From Anthoceros angustus (Eukaryota > Plantae > Anthocerotophyta): a stretch of DNA of 64,000 nt. The notes below the pieces were generated by a model. It ran no database searches. It was not told the origin of the DNA and worked only from the letters and a program-made list of their open reading frames with translations. The position numbers and the translations under genes are program-made. This document shows, in pieces, positions 37,201-50,748 of the stretch (position 1 is its first letter; every line of letters starts with the position of its first letter). The stretch covers positions 310,001 to 374,000 of the forward strand of contig MU008165.1 of the NCBI GenBank assembly GCA_010909165.1, read 5' to 3'.

Positions 37201-38616
37201 TTCGGCACGAAGTCCATTACACGGCTGCAAAACCCCAAACTGGGCATGAGCAGCCAGAAATACTAATGGCCATGAGGTGAAGAAGAAAACAAAGCAGGGA
37301 ATGGTCCGAGCTGAAGTCACCTGAGTCCCGAAGTCCCAGTATTGTTGATCTCGGCAAAGAAAACAAAGGCATAAACTTGAGGAGAGGGGTTGTTGTAGAC
37401 CTCCAGAGTGACGGAGTAGTTGAGAAGATTGGGATCCGTGATGGCTGACTGCATGACAATGCGGGGAGGGTCGTCTGCCTCAGAGCTCCCATTGTAGACA
37501 ATCTGGGTAGGAGAGTTAGGATACCCAGGTGTAAAAATGCTCGTGTAGGTGTCTCCAGCACTCCTGGCCAAGGGCGGCCATATCCGATCAAAGCCATCAA
37601 AGGGATACCTACATGACGCAACACAAAGACTCCATGTCATGCCAGGGCCGACATTGCTGGGACCTTCATAGGCAGAGAGACAGATAGATATCCAACCTGT
37701 ACGTGGTCACCTCCTCCCCACAGTTGCGCCGGACGAGGAGGGGCATGATGTTGCTTTCGTCGCCCAATGTGGCGATATAGTCCTCGCGAGTGACGGGCCT
37801 GAGCTCCAGGGTGTTGATAAACGGGTCGCTGCTGTCGGTGCGGATCAAGCAGACGCTGATGCTGGGCTTGGTAGTGATGAGCAGGACCTCGTACGTGGAG
37901 AACGTATTGGGAGTAGTGTCAATGGTGACGTGTGTCCAGAACGTCTCCTCCACAGCAAGCTGCCGCCATAGCACCAAGCATATCACACACACCGGCCTGT
38001 CCAGAAACCAGAAATGCAGGGGAACCCAAAGCCGAATTCGGGGAAACGGAGGCAGCGGTGCCAGTACCTCGAAGTTGATCCCGGATGCGGGCACCGACGT
38101 AGTGTAGCCCCCGAAGTAGAACCAGGCTCGCACCAGGTACTGCATGTCGAGTAAGGCGGGAATGTCGTAGCAGTTTTTGGTGGGCGATGATGCCGCAGGG
38201 AAGTACCGGAGCGTGGTGAGGTCCGACACAACGGCATCTCCGGTGGACGCGGCCACGCCGGTGGAGATGAGGTTTGCGTCGCTCTGGAACGCGAGAGTCG
38301 TGTCGGGATTCAGGTACGAGAATCCCGCGGGCGCGCCGCAGTCGATGTTGATGAATCCTGCACACGCGCATTCCGGCATCCAGGTGCTGCATATCTAATT
38401 CGGAGGCAAATTTCCAGGCAGCGGCAGCTGCTGCAGCTGCAGCGCGCACTCACCTGTGCTGATCTGTGCATGCGCAATGCGGTGTAGGCTCTGCAGGATT
38501 ACCATCCCCACAACCCCTAGCTGGCACATCCTCCCAATTCCAGCGCGGGATTCCATCGCCTGGGACTGGGAGAAGGCCATCGTCACGCCGCACAAGAACA
38601 CCATCTCCAGCCTCAT
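34219..38616 (-). CDS. Malectin-like LRR-RLK, copy 2; DFR kinase; 1-nt deletion at the WTGDPC codons
   Basis: Same exon structure as copy 1. ADFRLSK at 34940-34948. C4 instead of C5 at 36848-36851 shifts the frame just before GDPC. Confidence 0.88.
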
Positions 38617-39595
38617 CCTGTCGTCAACCCTTGTCTTGACTTTGTCCTAAAGCCCTCCGGGCCATGAGGAAAAGGCGGCCCTCCCCGGGCCCCCCGGCCC
38701 GAATCAGCCTGCTTCCTCATGTCGGAATCACAGCTGGCACGTATGTTATGTTTCCTGGACTGCAACTATAAATCGTTAATCTAATGAGAGATCTTCGTAC
38801 GATTCATCACGACCAGGACTAGTTCAAATCACATTACGATATGTAAAAGCGCCGCCTCGTCAAGGGGCCCGGCGCGCTCGGCAAGTCAACTTAACGGACC
38901 GCATACGTAAAAACTAAGAGAATATTACTCAATGATGGTATTTATCAATTTATATAGTTAAAAGTACATAGAGAAAGGAGGAAAAAATAGAGAAGGGATC
39001 AAAAATATATGATGGGATAGATAATATAGTATAAGGGGTAAAATAAGATAGCAAATAACTATTTAGTAAACTCCATTACAAGTAATGGAAGAAATTATTG
39101 GAGGGAATCTACTTCAAATTCTTTTCATCTCAGTAATTCAATTATTATGCAGTTAATTATTTTATATGCGTTATATTTTTCATGCCTGTGCATAATATAT
39201 ATGAGAATTTTGAGGAAGTTGTTCCTTATTACTTGTATATCTCGGATCGGAATGCAAATTAGTTAATGATATTTTGTTTTTATTTTCAGATCATGAAGTT
39301 CACTGAATGATTAGCAACAAATCTTGGCTTGTGCCTCGATCTGAAGACAACACAAGAAAACAAAAAACTCACATTTGTACGTGATGTTCAAAGTAATTGG
39401 ACAGTTGTTAAAAACTCTAGATATCATTTTGGAGATAGGAGTATCCAATTGGGGCTCGTCACTCCTATCATACTTGGATGAAACTCATTTACCTCGGGAC
39501 TTAATTTATTATCCCCTGGACTCCGTGACAAGGGGTCATTCGCCCCTGGGATAATTTGCTTGCAGAAGATATTATCTACTTGCTTATCGTGCTCC

Positions 39596-41288
39596 GGCTT
39601 TGGGACTGTAGATTCTAGGGGTCCCCTTCGGTTCCCTTGACTTCATCGGGAGCTTCTTGGACCAGGCTCTCGCAAAGGACCTCCCTTTGCTGGAGGATAC
39701 ATAGGTGGCCTTTGGAATTCTTTCCTCCTGTTTTGCTAGGCGCCCTGGTTACCTCATCCGTACGCTGCCTCCGTCCCCGACCCTTTTGTCCCGGCTGCGG
39801 CGGTTTGATAGGAAGATTATGGATATTCTTGGGGATATCCTGAGCTCAGGGGCTTTTGAGTGCCCTGTGGGCGATTTGTGGCAGCATCCCTACTGCAATT
39901 TGAGGCACAGTGCGCTCTGGAGGTCTCTTCCCGACGGCTTTCACAGGCGATTGGGCCCTCTGCCTTGCTTTGGCTTCTCGCTTTATCCTCCATAACAGGC
40001 CCTTTTTGGAGGATCTCGTATCTGGAGAGGAGGCGGAAACCTTCTCTCTCCAAACGTCCTTGAGGCAAGCTAGGGACATGTTATCGGTGGATGCTGGAAG
40101 GACTTCCCTCCTTTCTCGACATTTATTCGATGGTTTCGGGGTTGCATCTCTCGGCGGCTCGGCAAGCTTTCGATCGCCTCCGGGACCCCTCCATCCCAGT
40201 CCACAAGGCGCGGCTCGCTCTTGTTCGGGAAGGGCGCAGTGCTTGGCTATTGGCCGCCCATGCATACGGGTTTTCACATCGCACCAACCACCTTCACTCT
40301 GCGATGCGATTCCGTCTTGGCCTCTGACTGTGGCTTCTTCGCTCCTTACTTGCAGTGCGGCTCACTCGATGATTGGGTACACCTTGCTCATCCCCACGGG
40401 CCATTGCATTGCCACTCACGGCGCCATCCGCGATGTCATGTTCGCCATCACTCGCGGCGGCTACATGGCTGGAGGCGGGTGTATACTCTCCGCAGTCGTT
40501 CAATCGGGCATGCATCGGGGTTTTCACATCGCACCAACCACCTTCACTCTGCGATGCGATTCCGTCTTGGCCTCGCCTGACTGTGGCTTCTTCGCTCCTT
40601 ACTTGCAGTGCGGCTCGCCTCGATGATTCGGGGTACACCTTGCTCATCCCCACGGGCCATTGCATTGCCACTCACGGCGCCATCCGCGATGTCATGTTCG
40701 CCATCATGGCTACATGGCCTCGGAGGGAGCGGGTGTATACTCTCCGCAGTCGTTCAATCGGTGACACATGCATCGCGGCGACCGTTTTGATGGCGGATGT
40801 GGTGGTTACCAATCCTACACAAGACACCATCTCCACTAAGGTCATCACTAAAATCGTTGAAATTTCAGCTGCGCTCTCAAGATCCGCAAATATAGCGGGA
40901 TGCAAGCGGGCCACCTCTTTATTCGCTTGCACTAGAAAGCGTATGGGGCAATGGTGAGGACTTTGACAAATTTGTCAAGTCTTGCTTGCTACCACAGACC
41001 TGTCTTGTCCCTCGTACAGCATATATACTTCCAACAACGGGTTTCAATTGCCCTTCAACGGGCGCTCTCAACGGCGATCCTCCACAAGGCGGCGATAGTA
41101 AGTGACGCATCTTCCTCTACCTCCGTGGTTTGCAGGCCGTTTATTCTCCCTGCATATGACATTGTGGGTGCAGTAGGTGACTTTAGGTAGGGAGCTTAGT
41201 TGCTCCTCTCCACCTCGACCCCCTGGTCCCCTTTGGTTGTCCCCTCCTGGATGGGCTTTTCCCATCGGTTTTTCACCTCAATAAAAAC
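39596..41288 (+). mobile_element. 5'-truncated CRE-clade non-LTR retrotransposon, copy 2
   Basis: LGVPFGSLDF...AFGILSSCFARRPGYLIRT, zinc-knuckle/CIATHGAIRDVMFAI, MADVVVTNPT and FQQRVSIALQRAL, followed by a 3' hairpin and AATAAA. The empty site is present upstream of RLK copy 3 (cttatcgtgctcc|aaaaaaaacaaacatg at ~51716). Confidence 0.85.
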
Positions 41289-44070
41289 CTCCAAAAAAAC
41301 AAACATGAATAGAATGTGAAACTCAAACTTAATGTCCATAACAGAATGTAAGACTTGGACTTTTATGTCCATAACAGAATGTAAAACTTGGACTTAATGT
41401 CCATAACAGAATGTAAAACTTGGACTTAATGTCCATAACAGAATGTAAAACTTGGACTTAATGTCCATAATAGAATGTGAACCTTAGACTTTAAGTAAAA
41501 TTAAACAAACTTGACCAAAACAAATGGACATGCTTACCAAAACAGGAGTCACATCATTGCTTTGAATAGGCAGTGAGTTCTTTTCCATCTCCAATTGTTT
41601 TAGCCTATACTGAGAAATCTAAACATCATGATACATTCTCTCTTCCGTGCGCGAATTTCCAAAGCCTTCTATCTTTGATTCTCCAAAAGAATCTGGACAG
41701 CTCTTTGTCGCTGCTTGACAATCCTATACTCTTTCTCCCGTTGAAGACAAATAACCCCTAAATTTTTCTCAAATTTAGCTATAAAATCCTTGTCCAACTC
41801 CTTCAAAACCTTCTCCACTCCAGAGGTGCAAGAATCCTCCCCAACATCTGCATTGGGAGGAGCTTCCTAAAGAGCGAAGCTATACATGTACCCTAACCCT
41901 AGGTCGTTGCGACCGCCAGGCCGTAACTCATCGTTCCGCCAGACTTCTTCCACCGGCCGCACCCCGCCAAGCAGCAGATCCATTACCGGACTACGCCATC
42001 GGCGGACCAACCGTCATGTCGCCTACGGACTATCCCGCCAACTGCGGATCCCTAACCGGCTACGCCGGACTACGCGCACGAATTATGCCGCCCGACCGGA
42101 CCAACCCGCCAACGATACTAACGGACCTACTGCAAGCTTCCTTCGAAACCCTTCCACCAAGGAAAAGAGAAACCATGAATGTAAAACATGAAAATGATCA
42201 TGAATGACACCCACAGCCCACCAATGAAAAATTAAAAGAAAATTGAGTGTGAATATTGAATGAAAAGACAAAAACACACTTAGCCATATCAAACTAAGAG
42301 AAAAGAGGAAGCCAACCAGATTTAGCAACAGTCAAACCGCAAATCACAATTAAAAATTAGAGGCCTTTATAGAATCAACAACACCGTGGAAAACTAATCG
42401 CTATGAACCAAGGGATAACCTACACAAGACACCATCTCCACTAAGGTCATCAACCGCCTGTGTTGTCTTGCCGGAGCTGCTCAAGATCCGCAAATATAGC
42501 GGGATGCAAGCGGCCACCTCTTTATTCCGCTTGCACTAGAAAGCGTATGGGGCAATGGTCGAGGACTTTGACAAATTTGTCAAGTCTGTGCCAAAGCTTA
42601 CCATGCTTGCACGCGGGTGTCCCTCTCGTACTTCACAAAGATATATACTTCCAACAACGGGTTTCAATTGCCCTTCAACGGCGCCTCAACGGCGATCCTC
42701 CACAAGGCGGCGATAGTAAGTGACGATCTTCCTCTACCTCCGTGGTTTGCGTGCCGCTTATTCTCCCATATGACATTGTGGGTGCGAGGGTGACTTTAGG
42801 TAGGGAGCTTAGTTGCTCCTCTCCACCTCGACCCCGGTCCCCTTTGGTTGTCCCTCCGGATGGGCTTTTCCCATCGGTTTTCACCTCAATAAAACCTCAA
42901 AAACAAACATGAATAGAATGTGAAACTCAAACTTAATGTCCATAACTGAATGTAAGACTTGGACTTTTATGTCCATAACAGAATGTAAAACTTGGACTTA
43001 ATGTCCATAATGAATGTAAAACTTGGACTTAATGTCCATAAGAATGTAAAACTTGGACTTAATGTCCATAATAGAATGTGAACCTTAGACTTTAAGTAAA
43101 ATTAAACAAACTTGACCAAAACAAATGGACATGCTTACCAAAACAGGAGTCACATCATTGCTTTGAATAGGCAGTGAGTTCTTTTCCATCTCCAATTGTT
43201 TTAGCCTATACTGAGAAATCTAAACATCATGATACATTCTCTCTTCTGCCGTGAGACGCTGAATTTCCAAAGCCTTCTATCTTTGATTCTCCAAAAGAAT
43301 CTGGACAGCTCTTTGTCGCTGCTTGACAATCCTATACTCTTTCTCCCGTTGAAGACAAATAACCCCTAAATTTTTCTCAAATTTAGCTATAAAATCCTTG
43401 TCCAACTCCTTCAAAACCTTCTCCACTCCAGAGGTGCAAGAATCCTCCCAACATCCATTGGGAGGAGCTTCCTAAAGAGCTATACATGTACCCTAACCCT
43501 AGGTCGTTGCGACCGCCAGGCCGTAACTCATCGTTCCGCCAGACTTCTTCCACCGGCCGCACCCCGCCAAGCAGCAGATCCATTACCGGACTACGCTACT
43601 GGCCGGACCAACTTCGTCATGTCGCCCGGCCGGACTATCCCGCCAACCTGCGGATCCCTAACTGGGCTACGCCGCCCGGACTACGCCGCACGAATTATGC
43701 CGCCCGACCGGACCAACCCGCCAACGCATACTTCAACGGACCTACGCTGGCAAGCTTCCCTTCAGCGGAAACCCTTCCCACCAAGGAAAAGAGAAAACCA
43801 TGAATGTAAAACATGAAAAATGATCAGCGGAATGATAAATTCTGCCCCTACAGCCCACCAATGAAAAATTAAAAGAAAATTGAGTGTGGAATATTGAATG
43901 AAAAGACAAAAACACACTTAGCCATATCAAACTAAGAGAAAAAGAGGAAGCCAACCAGATTTAGCGAACAGGCTGGGAACTGCAAATCACAATTAAAAAA
44001 ATTAGAGGCCTTTATAGAATCAACAACACTGTGAAAACTAACTGCTATGAACCAAGGGATAACCTACACA
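40814..44070. repeat. ~1.6-kb tandem duplication (40814-42418 / 42419-44070)
   Basis: Both units start cctacacaagacaccatctccactaagg and are colinear. They differ mostly by many 1-3-nt indels. Junction at the 8-bp microhomology cctacaca. Confidence 0.85.
41329..41490. repeat. 32-bp tandem array, ~5 copies (also ~42933-43090 and ~51753-51820)
   Basis: Unit ttaatgtccataacagaatgtaaaacttggac. Confidence 0.9.
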
Positions 44071-44767
44071 TTGCACAGGCGAAATCAAATCATGAAAAGA
44101 AATTCCAAGTCCACAATGACAGACCAATAATACAAGAAAAACCATAACAGAGACATCAAAAAGCACCATGCAGAGCCAAGGTCAGGTTCTGAGAGTTTAT
44201 TAGCAATAGACCAAATGAGTTAAAACGTAAAAAAAGCTATCCTAAAAAAATATGGCTATAGAAAAAGATGCTAACCACAGAGAGCTAACACCTTGCATAA
44301 CAAACGAAACATAAAAGACATGACCGGACATGCACCACATTGGAAAAGCCAACTATAAACCAGAAAGCTTCATGAACTCAAGGGAAGAGCAAAACCTAAA
44401 AGAATTACCTCGCAGATACAACCTCCGGTCGTGCAATGGTTCGCTGCATGAGCAAAGAAACAAATCGGTCGTCAACGCCACAACTCACCATGAAAGGGCA
44501 CCAAAAGATAAACCCTAGGCCCTAAAATGCTATGTTGCTCTGCTCTTTCATTGCCTATACATACCAGTCTGCTTGCACATACCTCCTCCCGCGGCTGCAG
44601 ACATTTTTCCTGACTTGAGGGTACAGATCTTAGCTAGCTGGCCGCAATTTGTTTGGTACAAGTGACCCGCCGATTGCACGAGCATTGCATGTATAGACCA
44701 AAGACACCATCGGGGCACCCGACATAGATCCGCTCTACGCCCCTCTGGGGAGGCGTTCCCTAATACA

Positions 44768-44890
44768 TATATGCTTGCCATCACAATCGCATATATGCTT
44801 CTCATCATAATCACATATATGCTTGTCATCACAATCACATATATGTTTGCGATCACGGTCACATATATAATTGCAATCACGATCACAAGT
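44768..44890. repeat. 24-bp tandem array, ~5 copies (also ~58665-58780)
   Basis: Unit atatatgcttgtcatcacaatcac. Confidence 0.85.
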
Positions 44891-45794
44891 GAGTGAGGAT
44901 GGTCGAACACAAGGTTCACAATCTCCACGATTAAGTGAGGACGATCTTGTGTTCAAGAACTTTCTCTTTATACATACATATATGTGCAAAGATAGGTGTC
45001 CTATCTACAACATTATGCCTGCCATGAGTTGGAGAATGTTCTCCACAAATACTTGGATTGAAAACCTGCCATGAGTTGGAGAATGTTCTCTATAGAAACT
45101 CGATTGAAAACCTCCTAGTGCTATGTTATATTGTAACTTCCTTACTGTCGGGTTGTTAGAAGCATCTTGCATTCATTGTTATCGTTAAGTAAGTGGTGTC
45201 GCCTAGAAGAACTCACTTTGTATAGCATAGAGAGATAGAATGGTCCTAACATAGCATTGTTCAAAACCACCAAGCACTAAATTGGGCATTGGGAGTAGGA
45301 GAATTGGACCAAAAATCTTTGTCGCACAAGGTAAGCACTTGCATTCATACGACCACTTCCTCAACACACAACCAAACAAAACAAATTTAATATGTAAATA
45401 TAGGTGACAACCAAAAACACCAGGAGAGAGTGGCTCTCACGTGGCACAAACACACTCTCCCCACAAGAACATGCAAATTTTCACACATCGCTCTCGGAGT
45501 CATAGCTTTGGCCTCCTCACAACACTCTTGTAGTATATCTAAAGGACAAGCTATGATATGTAGCTTGTCCTCTATGAAAGGGTCTATATATAATAGTTCT
45601 CGGCATCGACATATTGCTAATACATTCTATTAGCATAAGCATATATCGGAAATATCCTAAGAATAGAATAGAATAAAATATATAATATATAAGTTATAAA
45701 ATAAAATGTATAACTTGTACTTATCCACTTAGTTATTGTTATTAACGTTTAATTAACACTAATCAGAAGGAAAACCTGTCTTGCGCCAGACATT

Positions 45795-46205
45795 ACAGGG
45801 TTCCAACAGGCTCAACAAGCTATCCTTGCTGACATAACGTGTTCACTATTGCAGCTGTTGCGGCGCTGAAGGAAAGACCCTTCCCCATCTGCATAAGGAA
45901 AGACCCTTCCCCATCTGCATATTCAAGGAAACGAGCTGCTCGTCCACTCAAGGTGGCTTCAATGTGTTGTTCAAGCACAGGACCTCGACAGCGGGCCTTC
46001 TGTGTATACTAATTTCCTTACACTGCTGCACTGGGAGGCCTGCTTGTTTGCCACCGACTGACTCCCTAAGATGGAGGTGAGACGGAGCTGCTGGTTGAAT
46101 CCCTGTACACCCACCAATTTTGTTCAATCCACAAGGGATCCGGTTGCCATACTGTGGCCAGCTTACACGCACGGTCTTGGATGATGAGACGCATGGCAAT
46201 CCCAT
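45795..46205 (-). pseudogene. 5' stub of the PPR gene, copy 3
   Basis: MGLPCVSSSKTVRVSWPQYGNRIPCGLNKIGG... is homologous to the 5' ends of PPR copies 1 and 2. Truncated before the first PPR motif. Confidence 0.75.
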
Positions 46206-46413
46206 TTGAAAGGGCTGCAGAAAGAGCGCTGGCTCAACAAGGGAGTTTTGGCATCACTTCTGACTGTCTGCTGCCTAAAGGTTGCACATTGGTTGCTTCA
46301 TTGGCAGTGTGATTCCAACGATGTGGTCCAACGGAGACACTTGCTTGTCCATAGCAAACTACAATAGGCTGCTGGAGAATCTTGAAGCACCTCGTGCTCC
46401 CGCAAAAATAAGC

Positions 46414-49400
46414 TCATGTAGCCTGGGGCTCAATACTCGCAAGGAAAATTTGGGAAGGCTGGGCTGTCCTGTGGGAGGTAGAGTCGGACATAACCTCGGA
46501 CGTGAGATTTAGGGGGACGTTGTCGCTGAACGCCTCACCGCTAGACTGGCCCGATTCTCCTCGTCGTTCTCTGGACTCCAGTTCCAGAGTTTGGGCAAGC
46601 TCGCTCACCACTCTGCTCATACCAGGTCTGGCAGAAGGAGCAGGTGGCACGCACCTCATGGCTATGTCGGCAAACCTCCACAACGACTCTACCTTGCAGT
46701 TACCTCGCAGAGCCGGATCCACCACTGGTAACAAACTTCCAGTGTTCAAAGCGGCTCTCACCTGCCAAATCAACTTGGCACACAACCATGACTTCCTGCT
46801 GTAGATCTTCGACATGCAGGCAAGAGAAGGTAGGACTCTCACCCTTTCGACGATGGGACCTTCTTGTGAAATGGGCGGCTGTCCACACAAGATCTCCAAC
46901 AACACCACTCCAAAACTGTACACATCGCTCTTGTCGGTGAGCATGCCAGTTGTGTAGTACCTGTGAACACGCCCACCATTACCAGCCGCAGAGGGTTTCC
47001 ATGCCAGGACTTGTGCAACATACATGCTTGTAGAGTGGGTGAGAAAACAACTCACTCAGGATCCAGGTATCCTAGCGTGCCCTTCACCATGGTCTGAACG
47101 GGAATTTTTCCATCCACTGTGAGCTTGGACAACCCGAAGTCCGCCACTTTGGCTTCTAATTTGCTATTCAGGAGGATGTTGCTGCTCTTGACATCCCTGT
47201 GGAAGATTGCTGGGTTGCAACCATGGTGCAAATATTCCAGACCTGCCCACCGACAGCAAGTCAGTACCTCTTATCTTCCACTAGGATGTAAGGCAAGGCC
47301 AGCGGGACGATTTGGACAGTCAACTGGAGTTACCTCTACCAGAGTCCAGGGCTATCTGCAGTCTCTGTGTCCAGTTCAGTGGAGAGTCCTGTGCGTCTTT
47401 GCTACCTGCAAGCCGTTGAGTGCACAGCACGAGTACAATGAGCTCACAGCATTTGAGGGACTGAGTTGGGAGATCGTCAGTGTTGGAAATTGGAATCCGA
47501 AGGAAAGGAGAAAAGATAGTTTATGGGTGAGGGCCAAAACTGGGAACTACCATACAAGCGGGCTCGAAGATCTCCTCCAGACATAAACTCATACAGAAGA
47601 ATGAGTTCCTTTCCTTCCTGACAGTACCCAACAAGTGACACCAGTTTTTTGTAGTGCACCGTTGACAGAAGATCGATCTAGGGAACAACCACCAGCAAAC
47701 CGTCAGGCCTACAACAACGCCCTCCCGGGAAGGCATCTTCAAAGCAATTCAAGCTTTAGTCCGAGACTCCAAGATGTGTGCAACATATGGAATGAAAGGG
47801 ACACCAGTCTGGAATGCCTACCTCATTGGCGAACTCGGACAACCCTTGCCGGGATTTTTCGGACATGACTTTTACGGCAACTTCACGGCCCTCGAGCAGC
47901 CCATAATACACTGGCCCAAAGCCGCCCTCCCCAATTTTCCTTGCAAAATTGTTTGTAGCTTCCCTAACAGTGCTTAGAGCATATGGCTGACCTTTTCTAG
48001 CAGGATGATGGGTCGACCTGGTCGGTTTCTTCCGGCAGCAGAACCAAAGGACGAGGGAAACTACGGAAAGGAGGACCAAGACACCTCCCACAACGCCACC
48101 AATAACCGGCCCAATGGAACTTTTGCTGTTGGGCTTAGTGCCGGGTGGTGAGCAAACTGCATTCCCGTAAGGAACACACTGAAGCTGAAGATTACCAGAA
48201 TACCTACAACAGAACAGCCAACCTGAACATGAACTGGGCTTTCATGTTTTCACAAGTGCAATTGAGAAGAGTAGCAAGCTGCTTAGGGGTTGAAACTGTG
48301 ACACTCGTTAGCCTTCACCTGAAGTCACTGATCTTGGTGATGTAGGTGGCAGGGAAGAGGCCATTCAAGTTGTTGTTACTGACATCCCTGGACCACGGCG
48401 GAAGCTCGTTTCAAGATCAACATGCCAAACTCATGATAACACAAGATATAAATGCATACGCAGACATTCCAGATGCGCACGAAGTCCAGATCGCACTTAC
48501 AAAGTTTTCAAAGAAGAAAGCTGTGCGACCCAAGTGGGCAAAGGGCCAGAGAATTGGTTGTCAGATAGGTTCCTGTCAGTTGCAACCAGACACCCAACAT
48601 CAGTTGGGGCAGTACTCAAACGCAAGCAGCACGCCCTCATCATGATCGCTTGCACAACTATATATCAAGCTCCGGGACCCAGTTCCCTTCGCCTGCTGTC
48701 ATGCAAACTGAGTTGCCAGGGTCACAGGGGCATGGACTACAGGTTTTGAAGAGCTGCCAGGCCTGAAATGGCTGTCGGAATCGGGCCGCTGAGTCCCTTG
48801 CCCGAGAGATCCCTGCAAACATTGGCAACACGTACACAGTCAATTGCTGTCTTGTGTACAACTGACATGCCTGCAAGCCAACATGTGCTGGGTAGAACTT
48901 CACAAGGCTGTCACTGCATTGTCGGTACAGAGGATTTCAGCCCAAGGCACAGGATTGCACGGATCCCCCGTCCACCGACTGTAGTTCAAAGCCAGCTTTA
49001 ACCCAGCCAGCGCAGTGACTGCAATCAAGCACCCACATAGTTAGCAGAAAAAGCCATGGAAACAACCAAACAGGGGACCTTCTCCAGGAACTCACCATCG
49101 CTCGCATTTGTAGGTGATCCCAGTGGGATGATCTGATACACCTCGACTGCGTTTACAATCGGGGGCAGGTCCGTGTGGGCATCAGGAACCAAAGTGAACG
49201 CCAGTGAGGGGGTAGTCTCAGGAACAGTGTAGTTCGTTACTCCAAACTCGTAAACATAGAGCGGGGGAACAAGAGCTGTGAGATTGAGAACATAGCCCCC
49301 TGGACTCGTGTAGTTGAAATTCGGCACGAGGTCCATTACACGGCTGCAAAACCCCAAACCGGGCATGAGCTGCCAGAAATATTAATGGCCATGAGGTGAA

Positions 49401-50748
49401 GAAGAAAACAAAGCAGGGAATGGTCCGAGCTGAAGTCACCTGAGTCCCGAGGTCCTAGTATTGTTGATCTCGGCAAAGAAAACAAAGGCATAAACTTGAG
49501 GAGAGGGGTTGTTGTAGACCTCCAGAGTGACGGAGTAGTTGAGAAGATTGGGATCCGTGATGGCTGACTGCATGACAATGGGGGGAGGGTGGTCTGCCTG
49601 ATAGTTCCCATCGTAGACAATCTGGGTAGGAGAGTAAGGATACCCAGGTGTAAAAATGCTCGTGTAAGTGTCACCAGCGCTCCTTGCCAAGGGCGGCCAT
49701 ATCCGATCAAAGTCATCTTCAGGATACCTGCATTACGCAAACAAAGGCTCCACGTCATGCCAGGGCCCATGAATTGAGGTGCACATTGGTCGGACCTTCA
49801 TGGACAGAGAGACAGATAGATATCCAACCTGTACGTGGTCACCTGCTCCCCAAAGTTGCGGCGGATGAGCAGGGGCATGATGTTGGTGTCCGGCGTCATT
49901 GTGGCGATATACGCGTCGCGATTGATGGGCCTGAGCTCCAGGGTGTTGATGAAGGGGTCGCTGCTGTCGGTGCGGATCAAGCAGACGCTGATGTGGGGCT
50001 TGGTAGTGATGAGCAGGACCTCGTACGTGGAGGACGTATTGGGAGTGGTGTCAATGGTGACGTGCGTCCAGAAAGTCTCCTCCACAGCAAGCTGCCGCCA
50101 TAGCACCATGCATATCACACTCTCCGGCCTGTCCAGAAACCAGAAATGCAGCGGAATCCGAAGGCGAATTCAGGTAAACGGAGGCAGCAGTACCAGTACC
50201 TCGAAGTTGATCCCGGATGCGGGCACCGACGTAGTGTAGCCCCCGAAGTAGAACCAGGCTCGCACCAGGTACTGCATGTTGAGTAAGGCGGGGATGTCGT
50301 AGCAGTTCTTGGTGGGCGATGATGCCGCAGGGAAGTACCGGAGCGTGGTGAGATCCGACACAACGGCATCTCCGGTGGACGCGGCCACGCCCGTGGAGAT
50401 GAGGTGTGCGTCGCTCTGGAACGTGAGATTCGTGTAAGCATTCAGGTACGCGGATCCCACGGGCGCGCCGCAGTCGATGTTGATGAATCCTGCACACGCG
50501 CATTCCGGCATCCAGGTGCTGGATATCTAATTCGGAGGCAAAGTTCCAGGCAGCAGCAGCTGCTGGAGCTGCAGCGCGCACTCACCTGTGCTGATGTTTG
50601 CATGCGCAATGTGGTGTAGGCTCTGCAGGAGCACCATCCCCACAACCCCTAGCAGGCACATCCTCCCAATTCCAGCGCGGGATTCCATCGCCTGGGACTG
50701 GGAGAAGGCCATCGTCACGCCGCACAAGAACACCATCTCCAGCCTCAT
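46414..50748 (-). CDS. Malectin-like LRR-RLK, copy 3; apparently intact, DFG kinase, short stalk
   Basis: All exons are present. ADFGLSK at 47133-47141 and WTGDPC in frame. In-frame 78-nt deletion of the Pro/Thr-rich stalk near 48143. Confidence 0.9.

Noticed and set aside
41889-41903. Telomere-like accctaaccctag / aaaccctag motifs as CRE target or interstitial telomere
   Set aside because: Only one or two units, and not at the CRE insertion junctions.
44735-44989. Cys/His-rich CDCDDKHI repeat peptide as a metallothionein-like gene (also 58625-58879)
   Set aside because: Translation of a 24-bp minisatellite. An overlapping frame is equally open and there is no gene-structure support.
45150-45770. 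Possible Copia-like solo LTR (also ~59065-59352)
   Set aside because: TG/CA-like ends can be picked, but there is no matching TSD and the two copies disagree on the left boundary.
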